A stretch of 50,312 nt of DNA from an uncultured bacterium. Lineage in GTDB: Bacteria > Auribacterota > Erginobacteria > Erginobacterales > Erginobacteraceae. The position numbers were made by a program, and so were the translations under genes. Below the pieces are notes generated by a model. The model did no database searches. It worked only from the letters and a program-made list of their open reading frames with translations, and was not told the DNA's origin. Numbering within the stretch: the first letter of the stretch is position 1; each line of letters begins with the position of its first letter. Positions 38,018 to 46,309 of this stretch are shown here, in pieces. Location of the stretch: NCBI GenBank assembly GCA_964465735.1, contig CAYXKT010000003.1, positions 1 through 50,312 of the forward strand, read 5' to 3'.

Positions 38018-38403
38018 ATGAAATACGAGGAGTTGACGAAAAAAGTTATTGGATGTGCTTACCGGGTATATAACCGGATGGGATTCGGGTTTTTGTAAAG
38101 TGTCTATGAAAGATGTTTAGCATTGGAATTAAGAAACCCGGGATACAATTCGAGGAGCAGAAAAAAATCGAGGTATTTTATGGTGGGGAATTGGTGGGAG
38201 ATCTCGTGGCTGACCTCGTCATTGCAGATGCTGTAATTGTTGAATTAAAATCCGCTCGAACCATCAGTAAGGCTCACGAAGTCCAGTTAGTCAACTATCC
38301 GGCAGCAAGGTAAAAGTCGGTAGGACTACTTGTCAACTTTGCGGAAAACGAAGTCCAAATTAAAAAAAAGTTAAAAGATCCTCAGCCAAGACCTATTCCA
38401 TAA
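38018..38403 (+). pseudogene. GxxExxY-family (PD-(D/E)XK-like) small protein gene, inactivated
   Basis: The frame reads MKYEELTKKVIGCAYRVYNRMGFGFL-TAA-SVYERCLALEL. The TAA at 38096..38098 replaces the E of the eponymous GxxExxY motif. A 1-nt frameshift in the cccggg run (38137..38142) leads to ...GIQFEEQKKIEVFYGGELVGDLVADLVIADAVIVELKSA...QLVNY. A second in-frame TAA (38311..38313) precedes ...VGLLVNF. The track ORF 38113..38313 is the middle fragment. Confidence 0.75.
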
Positions 38404-38507
38404 ATTTAGGCTTGCGATCCCATTACCATCCATTCTGCAATACCCTAAACAACAATCCAGCAAATCCTGTTATCCCGTCTAAAATCAACCCAGAAGATCT
38501 CATCAAA

Positions 38508-39629
38508 ATGGAAAAAGAGAAGAGTCAAAAACTGGTCCTCGATGGACACAAGCTGGCCTGGCATAAGGATCGGGTGGAAGCCTGGCTGGCCGGGGAGCGG
38601 ATCGCCCCGATCACCATCGACTGTGCCCTGACCCGGCGCTGTACTTACAGCTGCGTCTACTGCTACAGCAAGCTCCAGATTCACGACGAGCAGAAGATGA
38701 CCCGGGACGTCATCTTCCGCTTCCTTGACGATGCCGCCGAGATCGGGGTCAAGGCAGTCAGTCTCGTCTCAGACGGAGAGTCAACCTGCTCCCCCCATCT
38801 CGAGGACGCGATCGTCAGAGGGAAGGCCAATGGGTTGGATATGGCCCTGGGGACCAACGGCTACCTGCTGAAGCTCGAACGGCTGGAGGAGATCCTCCCC
38901 GCCCTGACCTATCTCCGTTTTAACATCTCCGCCGGGGAGCGGGACGCTTACGCGAAAGTGATGGGCTGCCAACCGGAGGCCTACGACCGGGTCTTGAAGA
39001 TCGTCCGAGAGTGTGTCCGGATCAAGCGGGAGAAGGGGTTGGCTGTAACTATCGGCCTGCAGATGGTCCTCCTCCCCGAGTTCGCCGATCAGGTTGTCCC
39101 TCTATCCAAATTGGGGAAGGAACTGGGCGTCGATTACACCGTGATCAAACATTGCTCCGATGATGAACTTCACACCCTGGGGGTCGATTACTCAAAGTAT
39201 TTTAGTTTGGGCGATATTCTCCAAGAGGCCGAGAGTTATTCCACCGGAGATTATCTGGTTAAGGCCAAGTGGTCGAAGATTATGTCCGGTGGGGAACGCA
39301 AGTACTCCCGCTGTTATGGGGCTCCCTTTATGCCTCAGTTCTCCGGTTCCGGCCTGGTCGCCCCCTGCGGGATGCTCTTCAACAGTCGCTACCAGGATAA
39401 GTTCCACATCGGGAGTATCATCGACACCCCCTTCAAGGAGATCTGGCAGAGCGACCGTTACTGGGAGGTGATGGATCTTCTTGCCTCGGATAAATTCGAT
39501 GCCCGCACCGACTGCGCCTGCCTCTGTCTCCAGCACAAGATCAATGAATATCTCTGGGATCTGAAGGAGGGAGTTATCGCCTTGGGCGAACCCTCGGGAG
39601 AACCCCCGGATCACATTAATTTCATTTAA
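38508..39629 (+). CDS. Radical SAM enzyme, distinct family with Cys-rich C-terminus (rSAM-2)
   Basis: The track ORF starts at 38412. The preferred ATG is at 38508 (MEKEKSQKLVLDGHKLAWHKDRVEAWLAGERIAPITIDCALTRRCTYSCVYC). The CxxxCxxC motif is present. The C-terminal cysteines read RCYGAPF...APCGMLF...DCACLCLQHK. Confidence 0.8.
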   Translation: MEKEKSQKLVLDGHKLAWHKDRVEAWLAGERIAPITIDCALTRRCTYSCVYCYSKLQIHDEQKMTRDVIFRFLDDAAEIGVKAVSLVSDGESTCSPHLEDAIVRGKANGLDMALGTNGYLLKLERLEEILPALTYLRFNISAGERDAYAKVMGCQPEAYDRVLKIVRECVRIKREKGLAVTIGLQMVLLPEFADQVVPLSKLGKELGVDYTVIKHCSDDELHTLGVDYSKYFSLGDILQEAESYSTGDYLVKAKWSKIMSGGERKYSRCYGAPFMPQFSGSGLVAPCGMLFNSRYQDKFHIGSIIDTPFKEIWQSDRYWEVMDLLASDKFDARTDCACLCLQHKINEYLWDLKEGVIALGEPSGEPPDHINFI

Positions 39630-39638
39630 ACACAGTAT

Positions 39639-40120
39639 TCGGTAATCGGTGATGTATGTCAAAAGCTAAAGGGATTTGCGCGTTTATCGGATCTCCCAAC
39701 AGCTGGCCAGGGATATTTTTGAACTGATTAAGGATTATCCGAAAGAAGAGAAATATTCGCTTACGTCTCAAGTCCGCCGGTCCTCCCGTTCTATTGGGGC
39801 CCAAATCGCCGAGGCTTGGGCCAAGCGGTGATACCCGGCGCATTTTATCCGCCAGCTGACCGATTCCGATGGCGAGCAGCAGGAAACCCGGCATTGGATA
39901 GATGTCTCGCTGGATGGCGGGTATATAAATATAGACCAGCATCGGCCGTTGATGGATCAGTGTCGGGGCACAGGAAGAATGATCAGCGTTATGATAAGCA
40001 AATCCCCCCAGTTTTGCGGGAAGTCCGTGAAGGAAGATAGCGCCTGGTATCAGATCGAGGAAATTGAAGAGAGTTGATCCCCAGTTAAACCCAGCGAAGA
40101 TCCTGTTCACCGATTACCGA
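39639..40120. other. Inverted-repeat-bracketed spacer cassette carrying a four-helix-bundle pseudogene
   Basis: tcggtaatcggtga (39639..39652) and tcaccgattaccga (40107..40120) form a perfect 14-nt inverted repeat. Both arms are made of the GATTACC heptamer motif. Confidence 0.75.
39652..40077 (+). pseudogene. Four-helix-bundle protein gene (23S rRNA intervening-sequence protein family), inactivated
   Basis: The frame reads MYVKS-TAA(39667..39669)-RDLRVYRISQQLARDIFELIKDYPKEEKYSLTSQVRRSSRSIGAQIAEAWAKR-TGA(39829..39831)-YPAHFIRQLTDSDGEQQETRHWIDVSLDGGYI.... The motif pattern fP.eE.y.LtsQ.rRa..SI..NIAEg is typical of the family. Confidence 0.75.
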
Positions 40121-40125
40121 TCACA

Positions 40126-41187
40126 ATGCGCTTAAGTCTCACATATAAACGGGCGAAGATGCTCGCCACTCTCGCCTTCAGCCACCTCCTCTATAAGCGG
40201 CGGCCGCTCAATGTTTACCTGGCGGTCACCAATCGCTGCAACCTTAATTGTTACTATTGCTATGGCGATTACCCGGATCGCCGGAACTGGCGGGAGTTCA
40301 GCACGGAAGAGCTTTTAAAACTCTTTGATGACCTGGCGGCTCGGGGGACCTGTCTCCTCCAGCTTCAGGGGGGGGAACCGCTTTTGCGCAAGGATATCGG
40401 AGTCTTAATCGATGGGGTCCGGAAAAACGGGATGATCTGCGATATGATCACCAACGGGGTCCTGGTCGAAAAGAAGTTTGACCAGGTGAAGAAACTTGAC
40501 TCCATCTGTATCAGTCTTGATGGGAGAAAGGAGCTCAACGACCGGAATCGGGGAGAGGGGACCTTCGAGCCGATTATGCGGGCGATCGAACTTTGCACTG
40601 CCAACAAGATCGCCACTCGGATCAACGCCGTCCTCACCGACCAGACCGAGCCGGAAGATCTGCGGTTTCTCGCCGAGACAGCGGAGCGGACCGGGTCTCT
40701 TCTGAATTTCTCCCTTTCCTTCCAGTATGAATCCCTGAAAGAGGCAGGACCCGCTCACCATCTTGATATTACCGATGAACAGGTTCGCAATCTTATAAAC
40801 CAGATTATCCAACTCCAGTCCGAGGGTTATCCCATCCAGTTCAGCCAGATGGCCCACGACCTCGCCCTTCAGTGGCCGTTTACTTATCAGAAAAGAATGG
40901 CTCGAGCGGAAGAGGTCCCTGCGCATTACCGTTATCCGAAGTGTTTTCATTCGGATTATGTCGTCTTTATCGATGGCGACGGCAGTGTTTATCCCTGCTG
41001 CAACTTCTGGGGGAAACCGAAGTGGAATATCCGGGAAGACGGATTGGACGCCTCTTTGGCCGGCGTGGATCGGGAGGGCTGTGAAGCTTGCTACATTCTC
41101 TCCTATCTCGACCGGAACCTGATCTTCGGGATGCGGCCCCGGACGCTTTGCCATTACGCCGTCCGCGCGTTGAAGGAATTATTGTGA
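40126..41187 (+). CDS. Radical SAM enzyme with SPASM/twitch-like C-terminus (rSAM-3)
   Basis: 353 aa with CNLNCYYC, GGEPLLR, ITNG and SLDGRKELNDRNRGEGTF. The C-terminal part reads CFHSDYVVFIDGDGSVYPCC...CEACY. Confidence 0.85.
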   Translation: MRLSLTYKRAKMLATLAFSHLLYKRRPLNVYLAVTNRCNLNCYYCYGDYPDRRNWREFSTEELLKLFDDLAARGTCLLQLQGGEPLLRKDIGVLIDGVRKNGMICDMITNGVLVEKKFDQVKKLDSICISLDGRKELNDRNRGEGTFEPIMRAIELCTANKIATRINAVLTDQTEPEDLRFLAETAERTGSLLNFSLSFQYESLKEAGPAHHLDITDEQVRNLINQIIQLQSEGYPIQFSQMAHDLALQWPFTYQKRMARAEEVPAHYRYPKCFHSDYVVFIDGDGSVYPCCNFWGKPKWNIREDGLDASLAGVDREGCEACYILSYLDRNLIFGMRPRTLCHYAVRALKELL

Positions 41188-42266
41188 ACCGGGTTCTCCT
41201 CGGTGTCAGGATTGCCTCCTCCCGCTTGCTGGGGAGTAGGATCCCCTTTTTTGTCCAGCTGGTTCCGACCTCGCGGTGCAATCTCAATTGCCGATATTGC
41301 TTTGGAGAGTTTCACGAGCGGGAGGGGGAGCACTTCTCCCTGGAGAAGATCGGGCGGGTTATTGACGGGTTGGCGGGGCTGGGGACCCGGTTCATCCTTC
41401 TCACCGGCGGTGAGCCGATGATGCACCCGGAGATATCGGAGATTATTCGGAAGATCTCTGATCATCGGATCGAAATCATCCTGGGGACCAACGGCCTGCA
41501 GGTAGCGGAGCGGATCGAGGAACTGTCGCCGGTGAAGACGTTCAGTATCAGCCTCGACGGTCCCCGGGAGCATCACGATTACTACCGGGGAGCGGGTTCA
41601 TATGACACGGCGATGAAAGCGATCCAGGCGGCCCGGAACCGGGGGAAGGGTGTGCAGATCCAATTCACGATGACGAAAGACCTGGTGAAATCTTTCGAGT
41701 ATATCCGGTCGGTGGCCGGAGAACTGGGTTGTTTTATCGGGATCAATATTCTCCGGCCTCAGCGGCAGGCTGAAGGGGGGATGAAAAACCCGGATGAATC
41801 AACGGAGCAGGAGATTGATCTTTTTCTTGATTACCTGATCGAAACTCGTCCTCCGGAACTCCCCTATCCGCGTTCCCTGCTGAAGCGGTTGAAATCCTGG
41901 CCCTATGATTATGGCCGGGATGTCATTATCCGCCAGGAGGATCTCCGGGGATACGATGCCATCCGCTGTTCGGCGGGGAGGTTTATGATCGCCATCGACA
42001 ACCGGGGGAACATCTACCCCTGCGCCAAGTGGTTTTATACTCGTCCTCTGGAGAATTGTGGTGACGGGGATATCGCTCGAGCCTGGCGGGATCTGCCGGC
42101 GGTCCAGTGCGCGGCCTGTCTCGACCCGGGCTTCAACCTTCTCAACGATACGCTCAGGTTCAACCCCGCCTCCCTGCTGGGTCTGCTCCGGAATTTTACC
42201 AGGGAAAAGAAAGGAAGAAATAACCAGGAAGGACACGAAGAGGAGACAAAGCAAATGCCGGAGTAA
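41184..42266 (+). CDS. Radical SAM enzyme with SPASM/twitch-like C-terminus (rSAM-4)
   Basis: The track ORF starts at 41088. The preferred GTG at 41184 overlaps the rSAM-3 stop (GTGA). Motifs are CNLNCRYC, GGEPMMH, GTNG and SLDGPREHHDYYRGAGSY. The C-terminal part reads CSAGRFMIAIDNRGNIYPCA...CAACL. Confidence 0.8.
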   Translation: MNRVLLGVRIASSRLLGSRIPFFVQLVPTSRCNLNCRYCFGEFHEREGEHFSLEKIGRVIDGLAGLGTRFILLTGGEPMMHPEISEIIRKISDHRIEIILGTNGLQVAERIEELSPVKTFSISLDGPREHHDYYRGAGSYDTAMKAIQAARNRGKGVQIQFTMTKDLVKSFEYIRSVAGELGCFIGINILRPQRQAEGGMKNPDESTEQEIDLFLDYLIETRPPELPYPRSLLKRLKSWPYDYGRDVIIRQEDLRGYDAIRCSAGRFMIAIDNRGNIYPCAKWFYTRPLENCGDGDIARAWRDLPAVQCAACLDPGFNLLNDTLRFNPASLLGLLRNFTREKKGRNNQEGHEEETKQMPE

Positions 42267-42357
42267 TGTAGTATTGGAGTGATGGAGTAATGAGACTTGA
42301 GCCCGGGTTTAATATGTTCGGTTTCCCAACACTGCAGTACTTTCACACTCCATCATC
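42261..42357. repeat. Octamer array GAGTRATG x4 plus distal inverted partner
   Basis: The array gagtaatg tagtattg gagtgatg gagtaatg (42261..42292) overlaps the TAA stop of rSAM-4 (42264..42266). The partner cactccatcatcc lies at 42345..42357. Confidence 0.75.
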
Positions 42358-42374
42358 CGGAAAGTCTTTATATT

Positions 42375-43685
42375 ATGCCCTATCCCAGGTTTAAAATCAG
42401 TATGCCGCTGGGGGAAGTAGCCCGCTCCCTGCTCAGTCTTTTCAGGCGGGGGGACCCTCAGGATCCGGAGAATTTCGCGGAGGCGTTCCGGCGGTTCGGC
42501 GGCTATGACCAGGTGCTCCTGACCGGTTCAGGCCGGGCCGGTTTTCGCCTGTTTTTGGAATGCGCCGGTTTCCCACCCGGATCTGAGATCATTTTTCCCG
42601 CCTATACATTTCACGTGATGCCGGCGGTGGCCGCCGAGTGCGGACTGCGGCCGGTCTTCGCCGATGTTGACCCTGCGACCTGGAACATTTCGCCGGAGTC
42701 GATCCGGGCGCGGCTTACCGAGCGGACCCGGGCGATTGTTCCCACCCATCTCTTTGGTGTCCCCGCCCCGATGGAGGAGATCTCTGCCATCGCCGGCGAG
42801 AGGGGTCTGATGGTGATCGCGGATTGCGCCCACGCCCTGGGGGCTCGTTATCGGGGAAAACCGGTGGGAACAATCGGCGACGCCGCTCTTTTTACCTTTG
42901 CGATGAGTAAGAATCTGCCCTGTTGGGGGGGAGGAGCTGTGGTTACTTGTGACCGCGCTCTGGCGGAGCGGATGCGGGAACGGATTGAAAGCAGTAATCT
43001 CCTTTCGGCCGCGGTGATCATCCGCCGACAGCTTTCCAATCTTCCCGGCATTCTCGGCACCCAATCCGCGATCTTTCCCTGGACGCTCTACCCGGCGCTG
43101 AGGGTCGCGGATTACCTGGAGAGCGATTTCTTTGATCGGCCGTTTGTTGAAGCAGTGACCGGTAATCAGTTATCGGTAGTCGATGATCGGTCCTTGGGGG
43201 ACGGGGCAGCCGCGGCCGGCCAGAAATCCCGGGTGGCCGGGATTTCGCCCTTTCAGGCCGCCGTGGGTCTGCGCCAGCTTAATCGTTTACCTAACTGGCT
43301 GGAAAGGCAGGCCGTCAACGCTCGCTATCTCCGCGGGCGGTTGGAAGTCTGTCCCGGCCTCCAGCTCCAGAAAGAACCGTCGGGCACCCGGTCCTCGTTT
43401 CTCTATGTCCGGGCCCGGGCCGAGGAGCCGGACCGGATCCGGAAGCGATTGCTCCGGCGAGGGATCGACACCAAGCCGGACGATATGCGCGACTGTTCCG
43501 CACTGAGCATCTTTCCTCCCGGTCCGCCCTGCCCGGTGGCCGGGAGTTTGGGGGAGCGCTGTATCGAACTGCCCTGCAGTCCGTTCTATTCCCAGCGGCA
43601 GATGAAGAGAATCGCCGATCGAATTCTCCTCGCCCTCTCCTCAGCGCGGACGGTTAACGATCCGGACCACCGGCCGGTTAAATGA
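42375..43685 (+). CDS. DegT/DnrJ/EryC1/StrS-family PLP-dependent sugar aminotransferase
   Basis: The track ORF starts at 42297. The preferred ATG is at 42375 (MPYPRFKISMPLG). Motifs are LLTGSGRAGFRLFLE, PAYTFHVMPAVAAECG, VPTHLFGVPAPMEEI, ADCAHALGARYRGKPVG and FTFAMSKNL (candidate PLP lysine). Confidence 0.8.
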   Translation: MPYPRFKISMPLGEVARSLLSLFRRGDPQDPENFAEAFRRFGGYDQVLLTGSGRAGFRLFLECAGFPPGSEIIFPAYTFHVMPAVAAECGLRPVFADVDPATWNISPESIRARLTERTRAIVPTHLFGVPAPMEEISAIAGERGLMVIADCAHALGARYRGKPVGTIGDAALFTFAMSKNLPCWGGGAVVTCDRALAERMRERIESSNLLSAAVIIRRQLSNLPGILGTQSAIFPWTLYPALRVADYLESDFFDRPFVEAVTGNQLSVVDDRSLGDGAAAAGQKSRVAGISPFQAAVGLRQLNRLPNWLERQAVNARYLRGRLEVCPGLQLQKEPSGTRSSFLYVRARAEEPDRIRKRLLRRGIDTKPDDMRDCSALSIFPPGPPCPVAGSLGERCIELPCSPFYSQRQMKRIADRILLALSSARTVNDPDHRPVK

Positions 43686-45181
43686 GCCAGAACACTTCCG
43701 ACCAGAGATTTTCGGAGTTGCTCAACGACGGGGAGCGCTATGGCCTGCGGGTGCTCTTCCTGCACAAGGCGGAGTCGGCGGAGATCAGCCACGAACCGGT
43801 CTTGCCGACCGGGATCGCCATCCTCGCCGCCCTCTGCCGGCGCAAACAAATCCCCGTCCGCTGTCTCGATTACTCAGTGATCCCCTACGACCCTGAACGG
43901 TTACGGAAAATCGTCCGGGAAGAGAAGATTAATGTGGTCGGGCTATCGGCCACCACTCAGGCGATCCCCTGGGCGTACCGCGCCATCCGCGATCTCCAGT
44001 CGATCAAGGCAAATCCCGTGATCCTGATCGGCGGTCCCCACGTCACCGTCCTCTACAAAGAGGCGATCGCCAACGGGGCGGATATCGTGGTCAGGAACGA
44101 AGGGGAACTGACCTTTCTGGAGTTGCTGCCGGTTCTGGACAGTCCCGCTCCGCGGAAACTGGGCGACAGATTGGCGGCGGTGAAGGGGATCGCCTATCGG
44201 AACTCGGCTGGAGAGATCGCTGTCAATCCCCCTAACGATAGGCTCCGGGATCTCGACCTGATCCCGTTCCCCGATCGGGACAGTTTTGAATTCCCGGAGA
44301 AGTATCATATGGCGGTCCGGATCGTGCGGGGCAACAGCTTCGCTATCCTGGGAACCCGGGGCTGTTCGGGACACTGTTTTTTCTGCTCCCGGGCGGTCTT
44401 TGGGAATACGATCTCCGCCCGCTCGGCGGAGAATATGGTGGAAGAGATCTGTCTGGTTAAGGAACGGTACCCGAAGATCACCCAGTTCGAGTTCTTGGAC
44501 GACTATCTTCTCTTCGATCTCGAGCGGATGAACCGGTTTTGCGATCTTTTGATCGAGCGGCAGCTGGGGTTGTACTGGTCGGCGGGAAACACCCGGGTGG
44601 ATAATATCGATCGGAGAACTTTAGAGAAGATGAAGGCTGCCGGTTGCTTCAAGGTTAATTTCGGCATCGAGGCCGGGACCGACAAGATTCTGAAGTCGAT
44701 CAACAAGGAGATCACGGTGGACGAGGCGAGGCGGGCGGTGGAAGTTGCGAAAGCAGCCGGTCTCTACGTCGGAGTCTTCTTTATCCTCGGCCATCATCGG
44801 GAGACGGTCGCCGATATTGAGCGGACGATCTCTCTGGCCCGGTCTTTGAAAGCTGATGCCGTCCAGTTCACCATCAACACCCCCTGGCCGGGGACGGCAA
44901 TGCATACATACCTGGATCGGAGAGGCCTGTTGCTTTCCAAGGAATGGGCCGACTACCAGTACTTTCAGAAACCGGTTTTCCGGACCGAGCACCTGACACC
45001 TCTGCTCCTTCAAAAGCTGCTGCGCCGGGCATACCTCAGTTATTATCTCGATCCGGCGCTTTACCTCCGGCATTTGCTGAATCTGCTCAAACGCCGGCAA
45101 TTCTATCTGTACTTTACGACGCTCTCCCTGATACTCTCCAACCTGTTTCAACGGTCGCCGCGTCGGAGAAAGGGAAAATGA
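43682..45181 (+). CDS. B12-binding-domain (class B) radical SAM enzyme (rSAM-5)
   Basis: 499 aa. The N-terminal Rossmann-like cobalamin-binding layout reads VVGLSATTQAIPWAYRAIRDL...VILIGGPHVT. It is followed by RGCSGHCFFC (CxxxCxxC). The start overlaps the aminotransferase stop (ATGA). Confidence 0.8.
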   Translation: MSQNTSDQRFSELLNDGERYGLRVLFLHKAESAEISHEPVLPTGIAILAALCRRKQIPVRCLDYSVIPYDPERLRKIVREEKINVVGLSATTQAIPWAYRAIRDLQSIKANPVILIGGPHVTVLYKEAIANGADIVVRNEGELTFLELLPVLDSPAPRKLGDRLAAVKGIAYRNSAGEIAVNPPNDRLRDLDLIPFPDRDSFEFPEKYHMAVRIVRGNSFAILGTRGCSGHCFFCSRAVFGNTISARSAENMVEEICLVKERYPKITQFEFLDDYLLFDLERMNRFCDLLIERQLGLYWSAGNTRVDNIDRRTLEKMKAAGCFKVNFGIEAGTDKILKSINKEITVDEARRAVEVAKAAGLYVGVFFILGHHRETVADIERTISLARSLKADAVQFTINTPWPGTAMHTYLDRRGLLLSKEWADYQYFQKPVFRTEHLTPLLLQKLLRRAYLSYYLDPALYLRHLLNLLKRRQFYLYFTTLSLILSNLFQRSPRRRKGK

Positions 45182-46230
45182 AAATAAACGATCTGGCATA
45201 TTTTGGCTGGTCGATCCTGAAGATGCATCTCAATCAGGGTAGCCGCATCCCGTTGAGCGTTCACGTCGGGTTGACCAATCGCTGCAACAATCGGTGCCGG
45301 TACTGCAATTTCCAGGCTCTTCCCCAGAAGGACACCTGGACCACGGAGGCTTTACTCCGCGTCCTGGAAGAGATGAAGAAGGCCGGGACACGTCGGGTCC
45401 AGTTGACCGGCGGCGAACCGATGCTCCGGCGGGATCTGGGAGAGGTGGTGGCCCGGGCCAAAGCTTTAGGGATGTTTGTCGGCGTCTCGACCAACGGCTA
45501 TGAAGTACCCGGCCGCCTGGACGAACTCCGGCCGGCCGACCTCGTCCAGATCTCCTACGATGGCCCCCCCGAAATCCACGGCTATCTGCGGGGAGAGAGG
45601 AGCGTTGCCGAAACGGCGGCGGCGATCGACGCCCTTTTGGTCAATGGGATACCGGTCTGGACCAATACGGTGCTCACCTCCGCCAATGCCGGGTACGTCG
45701 AAGAGATCGTGGAATACGCCGGGCGAAGGGGGATGGTGGCTAATTTTGTTTTGCTTGATTATTTCCTCCAGCCCGAAGAGCACTTTCATCCGGCATTAAA
45801 AGATATCCAGGACCTGGTGTTAAAGAGGGAAGAACGGCGCCAGGTCCTCTCCCGGCTGATCGAGTTGAAGAGGGCCGGCCGGCCGGTGGCCGGTTCGATA
45901 CCCTACTTTAAAAACGCTCTGGATTGGCCCTATGACGATCGGACCACCAGCCCCGAATCGTCGCCGCTGTACCGTTGTTGGTTTGGGAGGGCAGTGGCCC
46001 ACCTGGAAGCCGACGGGAAACTCTACGCCTGCGGGATGGGCGTGGGGAGAGTGCCGGGAATCGACGTGCGGGAGGTCGGATTCGAACAGGCCTGGCAACA
46101 ACTCAAGCCGCTGCCGGATTGTCAATCCTGTACGATGGCTTGCGGGGTGGAGGCGAATCTACTTTTTTCTTTGAATATTGGCAGCATACTGAATTGGATC
46201 AAGCAGTTGGCGGGGTCGAAGGCAAGCTGA
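45178..46230 (+). CDS. Radical SAM enzyme with SPASM/twitch-like C-terminus (rSAM-6)
   Basis: The track ORF starts at 44944. The preferred ATG at 45178 overlaps the rSAM-5 stop (ATGA). Motifs are CNNRCRYC, GGEPMLR, STNG and SYDGPPEIHGYLRGERS. The C-terminal part reads CWFGRAVAHLEADGKLYACG...CQSCTMAC. Confidence 0.8.
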   Translation: MKINDLAYFGWSILKMHLNQGSRIPLSVHVGLTNRCNNRCRYCNFQALPQKDTWTTEALLRVLEEMKKAGTRRVQLTGGEPMLRRDLGEVVARAKALGMFVGVSTNGYEVPGRLDELRPADLVQISYDGPPEIHGYLRGERSVAETAAAIDALLVNGIPVWTNTVLTSANAGYVEEIVEYAGRRGMVANFVLLDYFLQPEEHFHPALKDIQDLVLKREERRQVLSRLIELKRAGRPVAGSIPYFKNALDWPYDDRTTSPESSPLYRCWFGRAVAHLEADGKLYACGMGVGRVPGIDVREVGFEQAWQQLKPLPDCQSCTMACGVEANLLFSLNIGSILNWIKQLAGSKAS

Positions 46231-46309
46231 AACGACGGAGAGAAATTCAAGAATTGAGTTGTAGTATGTCAGTCAATAAAATAAAGATAGAAGTATTTCC
46301 TGATTTTCG

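Larger units (their letters stand above)
37775..38484. other. Inverted-repeat-bracketed spacer cassette carrying MITE copy 3 and a GxxExxY pseudogene
   Basis: The left arm is ttttagacaagataacaggatctccaggat (37775..37804). The reverse complement of 38455..38484 is ttttagacgggataacaggatttgctggat. The arms match at 25 of 30 positions. Confidence 0.65.

Noticed and set aside
8977-39831. Stop-codon reassignment (TGA or TAA read as sense) to explain in-frame stops in three small genes
   Set aside because: Well-supported genes end in both TGA (for example 2252, 6218, 21187, 27451, 36824, 41187) and TAA (4800, 6863, 10582, 39629, 42266). Many of these stops overlap the next start codon. One interrupted gene also has a frameshift. 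The position I can read directly (Glu of the GxxExxY motif) and the one I recall (Arg/Lys in the four-helix-bundle family) do not fit the known TGA reassignments to Gly or Trp.
33382-45199. Other long antisense ORFs (33382..34134, 35631..36200, 40405..41154, 41799..42254, 42528..43064, 44621..45199)
   Set aside because: Each lies opposite a gene with unambiguous family motifs (transketolase, radical SAM, DegT). None has recognisable motifs of its own.
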